Part shown: piece by piece, positions 1 through 8,413 of the stretch
How positions within the stretch are numbered: position 1 is the stretch's first letter
Layout of the letters: every line of letters starts with the position of its first letter
NCBI GenBank assembly: GCA_041497675.1
Contig: JBGQGY010000024.1
Coordinates: 1-36,365 of the forward strand
DNA from: a bacterium
Lineage (GTDB): Bacteria; Sysuimicrobiota; Sysuimicrobiia; Sysuimicrobiales; Humicultoraceae
DNA length: 36,365 bases
Reading direction: 5' to 3'
The notes under the pieces: model-generated
Database searches by the model: none
Told to the model about the DNA's origin: nothing
The model's input: the letters and a program-made list of their open reading frames with translations, nothing else
Position numbers and translations under genes: made by a program

Positions 1-159
1 AGGGAAGGGCTCGGCGGCCATCGCAAAGATCCGTCGATTCTCGAAAAGCGCATCGGCGAGCGGAAGTCGTGCTTCTATGACGCTAGCCTCAGTGGAGCTA
101 GGCGGATAGGTGGGGTTTGAATCGTAGGACGCTCCGGCGCCGAACACGACCATCAGCAT
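1..159 (-). CDS. Partial (5' end only) SIR2-like domain protein, running off the left edge
   Basis: Manual translation from ATG at 159 gives MLMVVFGAGASYDSNPTYPPSSTEASVIEARLPLADALFENRRIFAMAAEPFP, open to base 1. A hydrophobic strand plus GAGAS followed by a P-L motif is the typical start of Sir2/SIR2_2 Rossmann domains. Not in the ORF track. Confidence 0.65.
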   Translation of the reverse strand, partial: MLMVVFGAGASYDSNPTYPPSSTEASVIEARLPLADALFENRRIFAMAAEPFP

Positions 160-350
160 TTTGGCCCATCCGCAAGAGGTTTGCGCACGCCAGAGAAATT
201 CCGCAGGAGACGGGCCGTTGCCTTCCTGTTGCCTTACGGAGGCCGAAACCCTCGCACTGAGGCCCAACCACCCGAAATGAACCGGAACGTGAGCATCGGC
301 TGAAATGCAGATAGGACGCCACGTTCCGCGTCCCGCCTGGGTTTCAGCGC

Positions 351-379
351 TTGCACGTGGACCGAGCAGGTTCTAAGAT
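351..379 (+). promoter_or_regulatory. Candidate sigma70/sigmaA promoter for asd-dapA
   Basis: TTGCAC (351-356), 17 nt spacer, TAAGAT (374-379), upstream of the asd RBS GGAGG (416-420). Confidence 0.6.
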
Positions 380-422
380 TGCGCTAACCGATTGCGATGA
401 AGGGCTGGGGAGGGTGGAGGCG

Positions 423-1484
423 TTGTCTGAAGGGTTTCAGGTCGCCGTGGTCGGCGCGACGGGCGTGGTCGGCGGCGCGATGGTGCGAATTCTCGAGGAA
501 CGCAAGTTTCCGGTCGATCGGCTCACGGTGTTCGCGACGAAGCGATCCGCGGGGAAGCAGATTCAGTTCTGCGGTGTCAATCTCACAGTGGAAGAAACGA
601 ACGACACGGTCGCAGACGCCGACGTGGTGCTGTTTGCGGGCGGCGATGACGCCAGTAAGCGCTACGCGTGGGCCGTCGCAGAACGCGGCGGGGTCGCGAT
701 CGACAACTCTTCGACGTGGCGGTTGGATCCGCGTGTACCTCTCGTGGTGCCCGAAGTCAACGCGGAGGCGCTGGCAGCGCACCACGGAGTGATTGCGAAC
801 CCCAATTGCTGCGCGGTCGCGCTGGTGATGGCGATCAAACCGATCCATCGCGCCGCCGGGATCCGCCGGTGCGTCGTGGCGACCTATCAGTCGGTCTCGG
901 GTGGCGGGATCGACAACATGCGGGCGCTGCTGGAGCAGAGCCGGAGCCTGTTGGGCATGACCGACGCGCTGGAGCATGGTGACCTGGCACGGATCCAGGC
1001 CGCGTCGGGCGGCGACCCGGTGGCGTTCAACGTCCGCCCCCAATGGAAGTGGATGGACGATGGTGACACCGAAGAAGAGGCGAAGATTGTCGCCGAGACG
1101 CGCAAGATGCTGGCCGCCGATTTCCCGGTGAGCGCGACGTGTTTCCGCGTGCCGGTGCTCGTCGGGCATACGCTGGCGATCCACCTGGACCTGGAGCGGC
1201 CGCTCGCGCCTGAGGCGGCGCGGGCCGCGTTGGCAGCCGCGCCCGGGGTCGAGGTGATCGACGACCCGGCGGCCGGCCGGTATCCCACCCCGCTGTTGGC
1301 GGCGGGGCGTGATCCTGTGTATGTCGGCCGCATCCGCCCGGATCGATTCGATCCGCACGGGTTGCGGTTGATCGCGTGTTCTGACAACTTGCGCAAAGGG
1401 GCGGCACTGAACGCCGTGCAGATTGCCGAGCACCTGCTGGCGTCCGGCCGCCTGCAATCCCGCGCGCGCACCGCGCGCGCGTAA
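423..1484 (+). CDS. asd: Aspartate-semialdehyde dehydrogenase
   Basis: Motifs VAVVGATGVVG, IDNSSTWR, PLVVPEVN, NPNC (catalytic Cys), TYQSVSG, RVPVLVGH and DNLRKGAALNAVQIAE. Start placed at TTG 423 after GGAGG; the exact start is uncertain. Confidence 0.95.
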   Translation: MSEGFQVAVVGATGVVGGAMVRILEERKFPVDRLTVFATKRSAGKQIQFCGVNLTVEETNDTVADADVVLFAGGDDASKRYAWAVAERGGVAIDNSSTWRLDPRVPLVVPEVNAEALAAHHGVIANPNCCAVALVMAIKPIHRAAGIRRCVVATYQSVSGGGIDNMRALLEQSRSLLGMTDALEHGDLARIQAASGGDPVAFNVRPQWKWMDDGDTEEEAKIVAETRKMLAADFPVSATCFRVPVLVGHTLAIHLDLERPLAPEAARAALAAAPGVEVIDDPAAGRYPTPLLAAGRDPVYVGRIRPDRFDPHGLRLIACSDNLRKGAALNAVQIAEHLLASGRLQSRARTARA

Positions 1485-1508
1485 CCCCACATCAAGGAGG
1501 GGAGAGGT

Positions 1509-2408
1509 ATGGCGCTGTTTGGGCAGGTCGTCACGGCAATGGTGACACCGTTCGATGCCGGCGGGCAGGTGGACTATGCGAAGGGGGCGACCCTGGCGAA
1601 GCGCCTGATCGACCGCGGGAACGACGCCCTGGTCATCGCGGGCACGACCGGGGAGTCACCGACCCTGTCAGATGTTGAGAAGGTCAAACTGTTTCGTGCT
1701 GTGAAAGAGGCGGTTGGTACCAGCGGCAAAATTATCGCAGGCACCGGGACATACGACACCGCCCACTCGATCCACCTGTCGAAAGAAGCGCACCGCGCAG
1801 GCTGCGACGGGCTGCTGCTGGTGAACCCCTACTACAACCGGCCGTCTCAGGATGGCCTCTACGCGCACTTCCGCGCGATCGCCGAGAGCACGCCGCTGCC
1901 GGTGATGCTGTACAATATCCCGGGCCGCACGAGCGTCAACTGCACGCCCGAGACGATCGCGCGGCTTGCGCAGGTGCCCAATATCGCCGCGGTGAAGGAG
2001 GCCGCCGGCAGTCTCGACCAGGTCTCCGAGATCCGCGTGCGGACACCGGACAGTTTTCTCATTTACAGCGGTGATGACAGCCTGACACTGCCAAAGCTCG
2101 CGGTCGGCGCGACGGGCGTCGTGAGCGTCGCGGGCAACCTGGTCCCCATCGCCGGCGAGATCAAGAAAATGATCAAGGCCTTCTTCGACGGGCAGGTGGC
2201 CGAGGCGCTGCGGATCCATCGGCGGTTGTGGCCGTTGTTCAAGGTCCTGTTCATCACGACGAACCCAGTCCCCGTGAAGGCCGCGATGCGCCTCTCGGGC
2301 TTCGACTGCGGCAACGTACGCCTGCCGCTCGTGGACGCGACACCGAAGGAAGAAGAGCAGATCCAGGTGGTGCTCAAGACGCTCGACCTGGTGCCGACGC
2401 CGGTCTAG
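1509..2408 (+). CDS. dapA: 4-hydroxy-tetrahydrodipicolinate synthase
   Basis: Motifs TAMVTPF, GTTGESPTL, PYYNRPSQ, LYNIPGRT, VKEA (Schiff-base Lys), YSGDD and NPVPVK. Strong RBS; directly follows asd. Confidence 0.96.
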   Translation: MALFGQVVTAMVTPFDAGGQVDYAKGATLAKRLIDRGNDALVIAGTTGESPTLSDVEKVKLFRAVKEAVGTSGKIIAGTGTYDTAHSIHLSKEAHRAGCDGLLLVNPYYNRPSQDGLYAHFRAIAESTPLPVMLYNIPGRTSVNCTPETIARLAQVPNIAAVKEAAGSLDQVSEIRVRTPDSFLIYSGDDSLTLPKLAVGATGVVSVAGNLVPIAGEIKKMIKAFFDGQVAEALRIHRRLWPLFKVLFITTNPVPVKAAMRLSGFDCGNVRLPLVDATPKEEEQIQVVLKTLDLVPTPV

Positions 2409-2434
2409 ACAGGCTCGGCGAACAGACGTACGAT
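2406..2434 (+). promoter_or_regulatory. Candidate promoter for uppP-ftsK with an overlapping LexA-box-like site
   Basis: TAGACA (2406-2411), 17 nt spacer, TACGAT (2429-2434). CGAACAGACGTACG at 2419-2432 is one mismatch from CGAAC-N4-GTTCG. Confidence 0.45.
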
Positions 2435-2507
2435 GAGGCGAGAGCACACGACGGGCCGACGACGCAGCATTTCGACGTAGCGACGCAGCAAAGGTAGGAG
2501 CGCAACC

Positions 2508-3314
2508 GTGCTCGATCTCGTCGTCCTGGGGATCGTCCAGGGCCTGACTGAGTTTCTCCCAGTCAGCAGCACCGCGCATCTCGTATTTGCTGAGCATTTC
2601 CTGGGCATTCGCCGCCCGGGTCTCGTGCTCGAGGGTGTGTTGCACCTCGGGACGGCCCTGGCGGCGATTGTGTTGTTCTGGCCCGACGTCGTGCGGCTGC
2701 TGAAAGCCGGCCTGACGCTTGTCACTCGGCGGGGCAGTGGGTCGGGCGCGGCGGCCGATCCCTACTCGAGGCTCGCCCTGGCGATCGTCGCCGCTACTGT
2801 GGTGACCGCGGCGCTGGGGTTGATCTTCGAGCGGCCCCTGGAGCGTATGTTCTCGTCGGTGCGGGGCGTGGCGTTCCAACTGATCATCACTGGAGTGCTG
2901 TTGCTCTGGCACCGTGAGCGGGGGCAGCGGTCCGCCACCGACGCCGCGGTTCCCGACGGGCTCGCGCTGGGTCTGGCGCAGGCGGTCGCGATCATCCCCG
3001 GCATCTCGCGCTCGGGAACGACCATCGTGACCGGTCTGCGGTTGGGGATGCAGCGCACCGAAGCGACACGGCTGTCGTTCCTGATCGCGATCCCGGCGAT
3101 TGTGGGAGCGAGTCTGCTCACGTTGAAAGACGCGGGGCGGGCCGCCGCGATGGGGTACACGGCGCCGCAGTTCGCGGTGGGGTTTGCGGTGGCTGCGGTC
3201 GTCGGCGCCGCCTCGATCACGTGGCTGATGGACATGGTGCGCCGCGGCCACCTGATGTACTTCGCCGTGTACTGCTGGGTCGTTGGCGCGCTGGTGCTCG
3301 CGGTGGTGCGCTAG
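2508..3314 (+). CDS. uppP: Undecaprenyl-diphosphate phosphatase (BacA family)
   Basis: Motifs GIVQGLTEFLPVSSTAH and AIIPGISRSGTT; multiple hydrophobic segments. Confidence 0.95.
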   Translation: MLDLVVLGIVQGLTEFLPVSSTAHLVFAEHFLGIRRPGLVLEGVLHLGTALAAIVLFWPDVVRLLKAGLTLVTRRGSGSGAAADPYSRLALAIVAATVVTAALGLIFERPLERMFSSVRGVAFQLIITGVLLLWHRERGQRSATDAAVPDGLALGLAQAVAIIPGISRSGTTIVTGLRLGMQRTEATRLSFLIAIPAIVGASLLTLKDAGRAAAMGYTAPQFAVGFAVAAVVGAASITWLMDMVRRGHLMYFAVYCWVVGALVLAVVR

Positions 3315-3316
3315 CC

Positions 3317-5704
3317 ATGGCGAAGCGCAGCAAGCCTGCCGGTACCCGCCCAGCCGCAATGGGGTTGGGGTTGCTGCTTGTCGCGCTGCTGCTCGGTCTC
3401 TCGTTTCTTCCGCGCGCCACCGGCGTGCCGCTGCTGCTCGCCGCGTGGCAGCGGGCGGCGCTCGGGCTGGCGGCGCCGATCCTGCCGGTCTACATGGCCG
3501 TCGTCGGTCTCGTGTTGATCGCCGTCGGGAGCCGGGCCCGCGTCACGCGGCGGGTCACGGGGATCGTGCTGGGCACGCTGGCTGCGATCATGCTCCTGCA
3601 CGTGCGCACGACGGCGGGTGATCTCCTGCGAACCGGGATGGCGGGCGCGGGGGCCGGCATCGCCGGCGGCGCGTCGACGTGGGTCGTGGCGCGCGCCCTT
3701 GGGATTCCTGGGCTGTGGGTCACGATCGGCGTCTTGGCCGCGCTCGCCGTCGGCTTCGTTGGGGGCATCTCGCTCGCAGACGCCGGCGCCGTGTTGCATG
3801 CCATCGGCCGGTGGTCCCTGGTGCTGATGGCCGTTGCCGCCCGGGTGGCCGCACGATTGGCGCTGGCTGCCTTCAGAGCTCTTGCCGGCGCAGGACGTGC
3901 AGCGTTCGCCCGGAGCCTGCTGGCCATGAGCGGGTACGCGCGCGCAGTGCGCGGGCTCGCGGCGGCCGCGGGGATCGAGATCGCCGCGCAGGCGGCCAGG
4001 ATTCGGCACACCCTCATGATGCGGCAGGCCACCATCGAACCGGCGCCGGCCATGGCCGGCCCGGTCCTCGAATCGATGTCCGGTAAGCTGCCGGTCGTCG
4101 AGGTGGCCGAGCCCGAGCCGACGGGTACCGTATCCGAAGCCGGCCCGGGCGACAACACGCCGACCGGCACCCAACCCCCCGCAGCACCGGCGGGGCGCCG
4201 GCGGGCGCGGCCGGCAACGTCGAAGTCGGCGGCGCCAGGGTCGGCCATGAAGCAAGAGCGGCTCGAGTTTGCGGCGACGGACTATCAGCTGCCGCCGTTA
4301 TCAATGCTCGGTGACGCTGCGGTACAGCGTGTCAGGGCGCGGGTCGATCCATCCGAGACGGCCCGCGCGCTTGAGAAAACGCTGGCGAGCTTTGGCGTCG
4401 AGGCCAAGGTCGTCCACTGGGAAGTCGGCCCGGTGGTGACACGCTTCGAGCTGCAGCCGGCGGCCGGGGTCAAAGTGCAGAAGATCACGAGCTTGCACAA
4501 CGATATCGCCTTGAACCTCGCCGCGCAGAGCGTTCGCATCGAAGCGCCGATCCCCGGCAAGTCGGCCATCGGCATCGAACTCCCCAATCAGAAGTCGAGT
4601 CTGGTGCACCTAAGGGAAATCCTCAATTCAGAGGTGTTCCAGAAGGCGACGTCACCACTCGTGGCGGGGGTCGGCAAGGACATCGCCGGACACCCGATCA
4701 TCGCCAACCTGGCCGAGATGCCGCACCTGCTGATCGCCGGCGCGACCGGTTCAGGCAAGTCGGTCATGCTCAACGCCATGATCGCCAGCCTGCTGTTTCG
4801 CTGCACGCCGGACCAGGTGCGGTTCGTCATGATCGACCCCAAGCGGGTCGAACTGACGGACTACAATGATATCCCCCATCTGCTGACGCCGGTCGTGACG
4901 AACCCGCGGCAGGCGGCCAGCGTGCTGAAAGACATGCTGCGTGTCATGGAAAAACGATTCGAGCGGTTCGCGGAGGTCGGCGTCCGCAACATCCAGGCGT
5001 TCAACCAGCTGACCGACGTCGAGCCGCTGTACTACATCGTCATCATCATCGATGAGCTCGCCGACTTGATGATGGTCGCGCCGGCCGACTTCGAAGACAT
5101 CATCTGCCGGCTGGCGCAGATGACGCGCGCCACGGGCATCCATCTGGTTGTGGCGACGCAGCGTCCGTCGGTCGATGTCGTGACGGGCTTGATCAAAGCC
5201 AACATCCCTTCGCGACTGGCGTTTGCGGTGTCCAGCCAGGTCGACAGCCGCACGATCCTGGACCAGAACGGCGCAGAGAAGCTGCTGGGCCGCGGCGACA
5301 TGCTCTTTCTGCCCCTGGGTGCGTCCAGGGCCGTACGGGCGCAGGGCGCGTACATCGCCGACGATGAGATCCGCACGGTCGTGGAGTGGTGGCGCAAGCA
5401 GGGCACCCCGGTGTATGATCAGCAACTCGTCGACGCGCAGCAGAGCACGGCGACCGACGAGGGCGGCGACGGCGAACGGCTCATTGAGGCGGCACGGTTG
5501 TGCGTGCGATCAGGATATGGGTCGGTGTCGCTCCTCCAGCGAAAGATGCGGATCGGGTACGTCACCGCCGCGCGGCTCATCGACGAGCTCGAAGCCCGCG
5601 GCGTTGTCGGGCCGGTGCAGGGCAGCAACCCTCGGGAAATGTTGATCGGTTTGGACGATCTGGACCGTCTCCTTCGATCCCGGCAGTCTGCGGCAAAGGA
5701 GTAG
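3317..5704 (+). CDS. ftsK: DNA translocase FtsK/SpoIIIE
   Basis: N-terminal TM helices and a Pro/Ala linker, then GPVVTRFE, RIEAPIPGK, PHLLIAGATGSGKS, MIDPK, IIDELADLMM, ATQRPSVDV, GAEKLLGRGDML and a gamma domain (LLQRKMRIGY). Start placed at ATG 3317, just after the uppP stop. Confidence 0.96.
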   Translation: MAKRSKPAGTRPAAMGLGLLLVALLLGLSFLPRATGVPLLLAAWQRAALGLAAPILPVYMAVVGLVLIAVGSRARVTRRVTGIVLGTLAAIMLLHVRTTAGDLLRTGMAGAGAGIAGGASTWVVARALGIPGLWVTIGVLAALAVGFVGGISLADAGAVLHAIGRWSLVLMAVAARVAARLALAAFRALAGAGRAAFARSLLAMSGYARAVRGLAAAAGIEIAAQAARIRHTLMMRQATIEPAPAMAGPVLESMSGKLPVVEVAEPEPTGTVSEAGPGDNTPTGTQPPAAPAGRRRARPATSKSAAPGSAMKQERLEFAATDYQLPPLSMLGDAAVQRVRARVDPSETARALEKTLASFGVEAKVVHWEVGPVVTRFELQPAAGVKVQKITSLHNDIALNLAAQSVRIEAPIPGKSAIGIELPNQKSSLVHLREILNSEVFQKATSPLVAGVGKDIAGHPIIANLAEMPHLLIAGATGSGKSVMLNAMIASLLFRCTPDQVRFVMIDPKRVELTDYNDIPHLLTPVVTNPRQAASVLKDMLRVMEKRFERFAEVGVRNIQAFNQLTDVEPLYYIVIIIDELADLMMVAPADFEDIICRLAQMTRATGIHLVVATQRPSVDVVTGLIKANIPSRLAFAVSSQVDSRTILDQNGAEKLLGRGDMLFLPLGASRAVRAQGAYIADDEIRTVVEWWRKQGTPVYDQQLVDAQQSTATDEGGDGERLIEAARLCVRSGYGSVSLLQRKMRIGYVTAARLIDELEARGVVGPVQGSNPREMLIGLDDLDRLLRSRQSAAKE

Positions 5705-5786
5705 GCGTTACCCTCCCACGAACCTTATCCAGCGGCTCCCAACATCTACCGGCCGCGGGCCGGTAACACTCCAAGGAGGTGGATTG

Positions 5787-6845
5787 ATGCGCACGCTCCT
5801 CCGCCTGAGCGCGGTGTGCATGGTCGCTCTCGTGATGGCGTTGCTGGTTGCCGGACCGACGGCGACGGCGCAGATGAAGAAGATGCGGGTCGGGCTCGTG
5901 TACGACGTCGGCGGCAAGGGCGATCTCTCGTTCAACGACATGGCCTACGCCGGCCTGACAAGAGCGCAGAAAGAATTCGCCGCCAAAGTCGAGACCAAGG
6001 ATCTCGAGCCCGCCGCCGGCGGTGAGAACCGCGAGGAACTGGTCCGGCTGCTGGCCGGGGAAAAATACGACCTGATCTTTGGGATCGGCTTCCTGTTTAC
6101 CGACAGCATCACGCGGGTGGCGAAGGCGTTCCCCGGCGTCAAGTTCGGGATCGTGGATGGGTTCATCGACAAAGAGCCCAACGTTGTCAGCCTGCTCTTC
6201 AAGGAACACGAGGGCTCCTTCCTGGTCGGGGCGGCTGCGGCGCTGAAGTCCAAGAGCGGTAAGATCGGGTTCGTCGGTGGGATGAAGATCCCGTTGATCG
6301 AGAAGTTCGAGGCGGGCTACATCGCCGGTGCGAAGTTCGTGAAGCCGTCGATTGAAGTGTATTCGGACTACGCGGGCACGACGGGCGAGGCGTTCCGCGA
6401 TCCCGTGAAAGGAAAAGAACTCGCCACGGCGCAGTTCGACCGCGGTGCGGACATCATCTACCACGCCTCTGGTGGCACCGGCATCGGGGTCTTTGAAGCG
6501 GCCGTCGCGAAGAAGAAGATGGCGATCGGCGTGGACGCAGACCAGTCCCTGACCGCCAAAAAGGATCAGCGGGCGCAGATACTGACGAGCATGGTCAAGC
6601 GCGTCGACGTCGCCGTGTACGACACCGTCAAGGCGCTGGTCAGCGGCAAGTACAAGGCCGGCGTGCAGGCGTTTGGGCTGAAAGAAGGCGGGGTCGGGTA
6701 CGCGGTCAACGACCACAACAAGACGATGATCGGTGACATCGTACCTCGTCTGGAGGCGCTGAAGAAAGACATCATCGCCGGCAGGATCAAGGTGCCGGAT
6801 AACAGGAAAGACCTCGAGGCCTTCCTCAAGGCCCGAAAACCATAG
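5787..6845 (+). CDS. BMP/PnrA-family nucleoside ABC transporter substrate-binding protein
   Basis: Motifs GDLSFND, GFLF, FKEHEGSFLVG, GFVGG, IGVDADQ and SMVKRVD. Signal peptide ends A-T-A with no lipobox at the cleavage site. RBS AAGGAGGT. Confidence 0.9.
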   Translation: MRTLLRLSAVCMVALVMALLVAGPTATAQMKKMRVGLVYDVGGKGDLSFNDMAYAGLTRAQKEFAAKVETKDLEPAAGGENREELVRLLAGEKYDLIFGIGFLFTDSITRVAKAFPGVKFGIVDGFIDKEPNVVSLLFKEHEGSFLVGAAAALKSKSGKIGFVGGMKIPLIEKFEAGYIAGAKFVKPSIEVYSDYAGTTGEAFRDPVKGKELATAQFDRGADIIYHASGGTGIGVFEAAVAKKKMAIGVDADQSLTAKKDQRAQILTSMVKRVDVAVYDTVKALVSGKYKAGVQAFGLKEGGVGYAVNDHNKTMIGDIVPRLEALKKDIIAGRIKVPDNRKDLEAFLKARKP

Positions 6846-6850
6846 GATCG

Positions 6851-6882
6851 TCGGGGGGCGGGGCTGCGGCCCCGCCCTTCGA
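6851..6882 (+). other. Strong intercistronic GC hairpin between the binding-protein and ATPase genes
   Basis: TCGGGGGGCGGGGC-TGCG-GCCCCGCCCTTCGA: 14-bp stem including two G-U pairs, with no poly-U tail. Confidence 0.65.
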
Positions 6883-6889
6883 TCATTCC

Positions 6890-8413
6890 ATGCCTCCCGT
6901 TATCGAGCTCGCCGGGATCACCAAGCGCTTCCCCGGCGTGCTCGCCAACGACCGGATGTCCCTCACGGTCGAGAGCGGCGAGATCCACGCCATTGTCGGC
7001 GAGAACGGCGCCGGCAAGTCCACCCTGATGAAGATCCTCTACGGGCTCTACCAGCCCGACGCCGGCTCGATTGCCGTGCGCGGCCGGCCCGTGACCCTGG
7101 AGGGCCCGCGCCGCGCGATCGAACTTGGCATCGGGATGGTCCACCAGCACTTCATGCTCATCCCGCGGTTTACGGTTGCCGAGAACGTCATTCTCGGGTC
7201 CGAACCGGCGCGTCGGGGCCTGCTCGCGCTCGCAACGGCGCGTGAACGCATCGGGGCGCTCTGTACGCAATATGGGTTTGTGCTCGACCCGGATGCCGAA
7301 GTCGAGGCATTGTCGGTGGGCGAGCAACAACGGGTCGAGATCATCAAGGTCTTGTACCGCGGCGCCGACGTGCTCATCCTCGACGAGCCGACCGCCGTGC
7401 TGACCCCGCAAGAGGTGGACGACCTTTTTGCGAACCTGCGGCGTCTGCGAGCCGAGGGGAAGACGATCATCTTCATCAGCCACATCCTCGACGAAGTGTT
7501 GGAGATTGCGGATCGCATCACCGTCCTGCGGCGCGGTCAGGTGGTCGGCACCCTGCGGGCCGCGGACGCCACCAAGGGCCAGATCGCCGAGATGATGGTA
7601 GGGCGGCCCGTCCTGCTGCAGTTGCCGATCCCGCCTGTGCAGCGGGGGGACGTGCGTCTCGACGTGGAGGCCGCCGTGGTGGTGGGCGCTCGCGGACGGC
7701 CGGTGGTGCGTGGGGTGTCGTTTTCCGTGCGTGGCGGCGAGATCTACGGGATCGCCGGGGTGGAGGGGAACGGTCAGAGCGAGTTGATCGAGGCGATTGT
7801 GGGGTTGCGCCCCCTGGCGGGCGGCGTGATTCGCATCATGGGCCGCACGATTGCCGGGCTCGACCCCGAGGCGATCCGGCTGTTGGGTGTGGCGCATATC
7901 CCCGAGGACCGGCACCGGCGCGGGTTGGTGCTCCCAATGGAGATCTGGGAGAACCTGATCCTGGGTCATCACACGCGTGAGGTCTTCGGCCGCGGCGTCA
8001 CCCTGAACCGGACGGCGATCGATCAGTACGCCAGGGACCGCGTGCAACAGTTTGACGTGCGGACACCCTCACTGCATACGCTTGCGCTCGCGCTGTCCGG
8101 CGGCAACCAGCAGAAGGTCATCATTGCGCGCGAATTCGCCTTCACGCCCAAGGTCCTGGTCGCCGCGCAGCCGACGCGCGGGCTGGACATCGGCGCCACG
8201 GAGTTCGTGTGGCGGCAGATCATCGACGCCCGGTCGGCGGGTCTCGCCGTCGTCCTCGTCTCGGCGATGCTCGAAGAAGTGCTATCGTTGGCCGACCGCA
8301 TCGGCGTCATCTGTGCAGGAGAGATCGTCGCCGAGTTTCCGCGCGGTACCGCCACCCCGCGCGAGATTGGCCTCCGCATGGCGGGCGTCAGAGACGGGAG
8401 CGATCGCACGTGA
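6890..8413 (+). CDS. Nucleoside/sugar ABC transporter ATP-binding protein with two fused NBDs (CUT2/NupA type)
   Basis: Walker A GENGAGKS, GMVHQHF, LSVGEQQRVEI and LILDEPT; second NBD with LSGGNQQK and QPTRGLD. Confidence 0.93.
   Translation: MPPVIELAGITKRFPGVLANDRMSLTVESGEIHAIVGENGAGKSTLMKILYGLYQPDAGSIAVRGRPVTLEGPRRAIELGIGMVHQHFMLIPRFTVAENVILGSEPARRGLLALATARERIGALCTQYGFVLDPDAEVEALSVGEQQRVEIIKVLYRGADVLILDEPTAVLTPQEVDDLFANLRRLRAEGKTIIFISHILDEVLEIADRITVLRRGQVVGTLRAADATKGQIAEMMVGRPVLLQLPIPPVQRGDVRLDVEAAVVVGARGRPVVRGVSFSVRGGEIYGIAGVEGNGQSELIEAIVGLRPLAGGVIRIMGRTIAGLDPEAIRLLGVAHIPEDRHRRGLVLPMEIWENLILGHHTREVFGRGVTLNRTAIDQYARDRVQQFDVRTPSLHTLALALSGGNQQKVIIAREFAFTPKVLVAAQPTRGLDIGATEFVWRQIIDARSAGLAVVLVSAMLEEVLSLADRIGVICAGEIVAEFPRGTATPREIGLRMAGVRDGSDRT

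Noticed and set aside
98..322. 74-aa minus-strand ORF from the track
   Set aside because: No recognisable motif, and it overlaps in another frame the better-supported GAGAS-containing frame starting at 159.
173..354. Lysine riboswitch upstream of asd-dapA (GCAAG-AGG ... GCCGAA ... AGCG-CTTGC, about 180 nt)
   Set aside because: The ends resemble P1, but the AGUA/GAAAGG loop-E elements and the CUGUC junction are missing. The best asd promoter (351-379) also lies downstream of it. An Rfam Lysine covariance-model search would settle it.
2460..2490. Direct repeat CGACGCAGCA twice upstream of uppP
   Set aside because: Only two short GC-rich copies, with no further support for a regulatory or array function.
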